DNA from: a bacterium
Lineage (GTDB): Bacteria > UBA8248
Assembly (NCBI GenBank): GCA_965202625.1
Contig: CBDBBI010000010.1
Location: 640,001 to 704,000 of the forward strand
Direction of reading: 5' to 3'
Length of the DNA: 64,000 nucleotides
This document shows positions 59,700 through 64,000 of the stretch, one piece after another (within the stretch, counting starts at the first letter, position 1; each line of letters opens with the position of its first letter). The position numbers and the translations under genes are program-made. The notes beneath the pieces were generated by a model. The model was not told where the DNA came from and did no database searches. It saw only the letters and a list, made by a program, of their open reading frames with translations.

Positions 59700-59938
59700 T
59701 GATGGTCGCACCCTTAGAAATGCTTCGTCAACGTGTACAAATCCTCTCACTTCAAACGATGCGACGTTGCTTGAGCGCACACCACCTGAGCGGGGCTCTT
59801 TGCGAGGTCTCCCAGAAGGAGGTGGGAAAGATCATATCCTGCTGGATTGACGCACCGAGCGAGGGGACGCCCAGGCCGGTCGCTCTCAGAAGGGCGGAGG
59901 TGTTGGGAGAGGTGCGCTGGATGGCGCGGAGTTTTTGA
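59700..59938 (+). pseudogene. Possible S24/LexA-like phage repressor C-terminal remnant
   Basis: Ends ...RPVALRRAEVLGEVRWMARSF*, resembling S24 domain termini; no intact start. Confidence 0.3.
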
Positions 59939-59951
59939 GGGAGGAGGTGGC

Positions 59952-60503
59952 ATGGGACGGACGACGAACGGGTTGCTCGCCATCGTTATGATGCTGACTC
60001 TCATCTCCGGGTGCGCGGCCAGGCGCGCGCTTACGCGGGCGCAATATATGACAATGGTGAGCAGAACGTATGAAGGCGTGAAGCCGAAAGAGGCCATCGC
60101 GGCGGCCGAGAAACTGTTAAGACTCGCGGACGAGGAGGACATCACCTTTCAGCATTCCGAGCAAGGCTTCCGGGCACACAGGGCGTGGCTCCTGTACTTC
60201 GTGCTCGCCGCGGCCACCGGCACGGATATCTGGACTGTGACCGCCGCGCCGGTTGAGGGAGGAGCAAAGGTCACCATGTATCTTCACCGGGTGGGCGGCG
60301 GCATCATTCCCAGCGGAGTGTTTCCGGCCGATACGATGGCCATCTACGACCTGTTCTGGGGGCGCATGGATTATTTGCTCGGCCGGCGTGATAGATGGAT
60401 GACCTGCGAGGAAGCGCAATCCCGCGTGAATCAAGGGATCACGTTTGGCTCCCTGGAGTATCTGTGCCTGTTCACGGACGACAAAAAGCCGGAAGGAAAG
60501 TGA
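59952..60503 (+). CDS. Hypothetical lipoprotein
   Basis: GGAGG RBS; MGRTTNGLLAIVMMLTLISG-C lipobox; 183 aa. Confidence 0.75.
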   Translation: MGRTTNGLLAIVMMLTLISGCAARRALTRAQYMTMVSRTYEGVKPKEAIAAAEKLLRLADEEDITFQHSEQGFRAHRAWLLYFVLAAATGTDIWTVTAAPVEGGAKVTMYLHRVGGGIIPSGVFPADTMAIYDLFWGRMDYLLGRRDRWMTCEEAQSRVNQGITFGSLEYLCLFTDDKKPEGK

Positions 60504-60732
60504 CTGTAAATGGAAGGGGAATCCATGAAAAGATGGATGACGTTTGTTTGCGCGCGCGGGTGAGGTGCGCTGCCATTACGACGGAAGCGGCCAATCGATG
60601 AGTATGGCTATGATGTTCTTGTTCTTGCTTTTCTCCCCGCCAGGTCGCGCCCAGCGACACCTGGCGCGGCCTCGTGGTCGCCCTCCTCATATCCAGGGGC
60701 ATCCCCTCATGAAACGGGTTTGGCGGGAGGAC

Positions 60733-62136
60733 TCACCCGTCACTGAGAGGTTCTCCCCACAAAACGTCCGACCTTGGGGCAACGCGATGGATCCGGGCTT
60801 TTTCAGGAGGAGAACCGAGGCGCATCCGAACCGTGCGACCCACCCACTCGTCTGCTCCTAAGGCTAGCACTCTCACATAATTGTCCGACAAACCGGTGAG
60901 AAAACCATCTTCCGTTCGCCTCCCCTCGAACAATACGTCTGCTTCTTTCCCCGTTTGCGAAGAGACGAACGCGGCCCACTTCCTGCACCCCAATGCCTGG
61001 AGGGCGCGGACGCGCTTTTTTCGCTCGCCGTGAGGAATTTCTCCCGACATCCGCAGAGCTGAGGTTCGCTCGCGCGGTGAATACGGAAAAACGTGCACAT
61101 ACGCCAAAGGAGACTCTCGCACCCATTCCATCGTCCGCCCGAACGCTTCCTCACTCTCGCCGGGAAATCCAACGATGAAATCCCCCCCAAGACATGCCCC
61201 GTCTATCTTGCCGGCAATTTCCTTGAAGCGACGCGCACATCGGGAGGCGGTGTAGTTGCGATTCATCGCTTCGAGAACTCCATCGTCTCCGCTTTGCACG
61301 GGTATGTGGAAATGGCGACATACAGAAGTTTGACGCCTCCCCGCGCTGGGGGCACAAGCCTTGGCCGCTACAACTCGAATGAGCTCCCGAGTGAATTCGC
61401 CCGGCTCCACCGAGGAGAGCCTAAGCCTGAACCCACCCTCGATTTCCAGCAGTCGCCCCACCAGTCGACTTAAAGTGCCGCGCGGCTTCAGATCCCTGCC
61501 ATACGCTCCGAGATGCACTCCGGTGAGCACCAACTCCTCGTGTCCGTTCGTCAGGAGCGCATGGGCGCGCCTCACGCATGACTCCACATCCAGGGAGCGA
61601 CTTTTGCCACGGGCGATGGTCGTCGCGCAAAAAGCACAAGCGAAATTACACCCATCCTGCACCTTGAGGTACGCCCTCGTCTGGTTCTCGAATGCGGGCA
61701 GGATAACGCTTTCGACGTCGAGGGCCTCCTCTATAGGAGCGACCCGAGTCTCAGGCTTTTCATTTCTCAAAAGTGGTTTCGCCAACTCATCGGGAAGGTT
61801 TAGTTTTTCCCTGTTTCCAAGCAAAAGGTCCGCCTCGGGAATCAGCATTTTCTCCATGTTCGCCTGAGCGGAGCATCCCGCTATTACCACCCGGGCGTTC
61901 GCGCCGCCGATTCGTCTGGCCCGGCGCGCCAATCGCCTGCCCTCTCGGTCTGCCTCCGCCGTCACAGTGCAACTGTTCACCACGTAAACGTCCGCTTCGC
62001 CGTTAAACGGGACGAGCTCGAACCCCGCTTCGGCACACAGGTGCTTCATGGCCTCACCTTCGGCGTGATTCAACTTGCAACCCAGATTTGTGAGGGCAAG
62101 GCGAAAAGGTCTAGTGCCTTCGCTTGTCGCTTTCAT
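60733..62136 (-). CDS. mtaB: tRNA t6A37 methylthiotransferase
   Basis: LGCKLN..E, NSCTVT, GC, LKVQDGCNFACAFC radical SAM motif, VGFPGE, HVFPYS.R, TRAM-like end; start placed at ATG 62136. Confidence 0.93.
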   Translation of the reverse strand: MKATSEGTRPFRLALTNLGCKLNHAEGEAMKHLCAEAGFELVPFNGEADVYVVNSCTVTAEADREGRRLARRARRIGGANARVVIAGCSAQANMEKMLIPEADLLLGNREKLNLPDELAKPLLRNEKPETRVAPIEEALDVESVILPAFENQTRAYLKVQDGCNFACAFCATTIARGKSRSLDVESCVRRAHALLTNGHEELVLTGVHLGAYGRDLKPRGTLSRLVGRLLEIEGGFRLRLSSVEPGEFTRELIRVVAAKACAPSAGRRQTSVCRHFHIPVQSGDDGVLEAMNRNYTASRCARRFKEIAGKIDGACLGGDFIVGFPGESEEAFGRTMEWVRESPLAYVHVFPYSPRERTSALRMSGEIPHGERKKRVRALQALGCRKWAAFVSSQTGKEADVLFEGRRTEDGFLTGLSDNYVRVLALGADEWVGRTVRMRLGSPPEKARIHRVAPRSDVLWGEPLSDG

Positions 62137-62225
62137 GCACGCTACCTCAAGAAACGTTGGAAAGGCGGTGGTCTCCACGACGAATCTTACGCCTTGCACA
62201 AATCGCCCAGCAAGGGTTCTCTCGC

Positions 62226-62254
62226 TTGACTTGAGCCAGAAGCAGTTATAGAAT
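62226..62254 (+). promoter_or_regulatory. Putative sigma70 promoter of the molybdoenzyme operon
   Basis: TTGACT-17 nt-TAGAAT. Confidence 0.6.
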
Positions 62255-62411
62255 GTAGTTGCTCGCGCCAGAGTCATGGGGGGACTGTCCGGTAATTTCG
62301 TTCCGAGCGCTTTATTCATCCCCCTAATTTGAAGGTATCACTCGGCGTCGTTTCACTTTTATTGTAGGCGTTGCGACATTCTATTCAGATGCTCAGGGAG
62401 AGATTCTGTCT

Positions 62412-63278
62412 ATGCGTGGTTTCGACTTCGTAGCTCCGACGACCATATCGGCAACCCTAAAAGCGGCAAAAGGCAAAAACGCTAAGTTTATCGCCGGCGG
62501 CACTAACTTCATGCCTGATCTCAGACACCAGCATGACGGTCCGGCGAAACTTGTTATCGACCTGATGAGGGTTTCCACCCTCCATGGTATATCCTCCACC
62601 AAGGGCGTAGTAAAAATGGGCGCTCTCACTACGATGACGGATTTTTTAGCCGACAAGACTATCCGCAGGGAAGCGCCAATTCTGACGGCGATGTCGGCGA
62701 AGTTTGCAGGGCCGATCATACGCAACCGCGCCACGGTGGCCGGCAACATCATTGATGGCGGGCCTGCAGCCGACGCCGTCCCTCCCCTCCTCGCCCTCAA
62801 GGCGAAGGTAAACCTCGCTCGAGAAAAAGGAAGAAGGACGGTCGCCCTAGACAAATTCCTCACCGGATACCGCCAGACGGCCATCAGGCCAGGTGAACTA
62901 ATCGCCAGCGTAAGTTTCCCCGCCCCAGGCAGAAACCACAGATGGGGCTATTACAAACTCGCGCGCCGAAACGCCATGGCGATCACCGTGGTTGGCGTAG
63001 CCATCGTGTTAAAAATGAAGCGCAAAAAGGTGGAAGAGGCGGGCATTTCGCTAGGCTCCGTCGCGCCGGTGCCAATCCGTTGCTACGAAGCTGAACGAAT
63101 GCTGGAAGGCAACGTGGTGGATTTCGAATTGGCGCAAAGGGTCGCAGAGGCTTGCGCCGCCGTGGCGACGCCAATTGACGATATTCGGGCGTCAGCGGAA
63201 TACCGCAAGCTGATGTGCGAGGTTTTGCCGCGGCGCCTTATCTGCCAATCTCTGGATATCCCTCAGAACAACGAATAA
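62412..63278 (+). CDS. Xanthine dehydrogenase/CoxM family FAD-binding subunit
   Basis: AGGTN, IRNRATVAGN, PAAD, PIDDIRASAEYR. Confidence 0.92.
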   Translation: MRGFDFVAPTTISATLKAAKGKNAKFIAGGTNFMPDLRHQHDGPAKLVIDLMRVSTLHGISSTKGVVKMGALTTMTDFLADKTIRREAPILTAMSAKFAGPIIRNRATVAGNIIDGGPAADAVPPLLALKAKVNLAREKGRRTVALDKFLTGYRQTAIRPGELIASVSFPAPGRNHRWGYYKLARRNAMAITVVGVAIVLKMKRKKVEEAGISLGSVAPVPIRCYEAERMLEGNVVDFELAQRVAEACAAVATPIDDIRASAEYRKLMCEVLPRRLICQSLDIPQNNE

Positions 63279-63322
63279 GTCGACCTTCATCGTCTTTTGA
63301 AAATTCATTGGAGAATCTCCAG

Positions 63323-63895
63323 ATGCCTACAGCGAGCAAAACGAAACGAACCGCGAAGAAAAGGACGGCGGAAAAATCGAGCGCGCCCATATACAAACCA
63401 CCCAATAAAGTACCCATCACTTTTTCGGTAAACGGGCAGGAAGTGCGTACAGAGGCGCCCGCACACACCAGTTTGCTTTATTTGCTGCGCGACCTCGGCT
63501 TCACGGAGGTCAAGAACGGCTGCGAGGCGGGCGACTGCGGTGCCTGCACGATTCTTCTGGACGGTTTGGCGATGAACGCATGCTGTGCGCTCGGCGTGCA
63601 GGCGGAGGGACGGGAGATCGTCACCGTCAAGGGCATCGGAACAGTGGGCAACCTCCATCCGATACAACAAAAATTCATCGAGCATGGCGCGATACAATGC
63701 GGCTTTTGCACGCCGGGGATGATAGTCGCCGCGAAGGAGTTGCTCGACATCACGCCCAATCCCAGTCGGGAGGAAATCAAGGTAGGTATCTCTGGCAACC
63801 TTTGTCGCTGCACCGGTTACGTGAAGATCATTGACGCGATCGAGGCGGCCGCAGCAGAGCTTTCCCTTGGAAAAGGGAAAAGGAAATCATCGTGA
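63323..63895 (+). CDS. Xanthine dehydrogenase/CoxS family 2x[2Fe-2S] subunit
   Basis: GCEAGDCGACT, QCGFCTPG, GNLCRCTGY; start placed at ATG 63323. Confidence 0.93.
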   Translation: MPTASKTKRTAKKRTAEKSSAPIYKPPNKVPITFSVNGQEVRTEAPAHTSLLYLLRDLGFTEVKNGCEAGDCGACTILLDGLAMNACCALGVQAEGREIVTVKGIGTVGNLHPIQQKFIEHGAIQCGFCTPGMIVAAKELLDITPNPSREEIKVGISGNLCRCTGYVKIIDAIEAAAAELSLGKGKRKSS

Positions 63896-64000
63896 CTGCT
63901 TCATCAAACGCCCCCCCCCTGACAAAGCCTCCCACGTTCGGATTCAAGCATGTGGAAGATGTTCAGGAGTCGTTCCGAAAACTGGATTATATCTCCGACA
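63892..64000 (+). CDS. Probable molybdopterin-binding large subunit, 5' end only
   Basis: GTG overlapping the CoxS stop (GTGA), frame open to the window edge; identity inferred only from M-S-L gene order. Confidence 0.5.
   Translation, partial: MTASSNAPPLTKPPTFGFKHVEDVQESFRKLDYISD

Noticed and set aside
57896-59938. 680-aa plus-strand ORF
   Set aside because: Antisense shadow of the DmpA-like peptidase and DsbA-like genes in GC-rich sequence; no recognisable domain apart from the possible remnant at its extreme end.
62412-64000. Calling the molybdoenzyme operon aerobic CO dehydrogenase
   Set aside because: The diagnostic active-site loop is in the large subunit, which lies outside the window.
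1-64000. CRISPR arrays, rRNA, transposases or defence systems
   Set aside because: No regularly spaced repeats or such genes were seen on reading the window.

Overview
Bacterial chromosomal window (translation table 11, roughly 50-60% GC by eye; lineage not determinable with confidence). It has about 55 intact CDSs, one tRNA-Gly(GCC) and several decayed genes. Main content: a DtxR-type regulator with a palindromic operator ahead of an Fe(III) ABC transporter; secA; an uncharacterised catabolic cluster; lgt; a moeA-mobA-ridA-ECF sigma/anti-sigma-(frameshifted htrA)-DUF3179 run; a TctABC transporter; a three-subunit 2-oxoacid:ferredoxin oxidoreductase closely resembling oxalate oxidoreductase; glnE, ygfZ, pckA, mtaB; and the start of a xanthine-dehydrogenase-family molybdoenzyme operon. 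The most notable hidden signal is two probable selenoproteins that the ORF track splits or truncates: an exported DUF3179 protein (TW-U-PLC, TGA at 20125-20127) and a DsbA/FrnE-like protein (FL-U-PWC, TGA at 59471-59473). Each UGA is followed by a hairpin carrying a shared CGGCCRU apical sequence, a candidate SECIS. Also notable: an FGE-sulfatase-fold protein with an SH3-like insertion, an ArsM-like methyltransferase lacking two catalytic Cys, and clustered pseudogenes suggesting genome erosion. All product calls come from motif recognition by eye; no database search was run.
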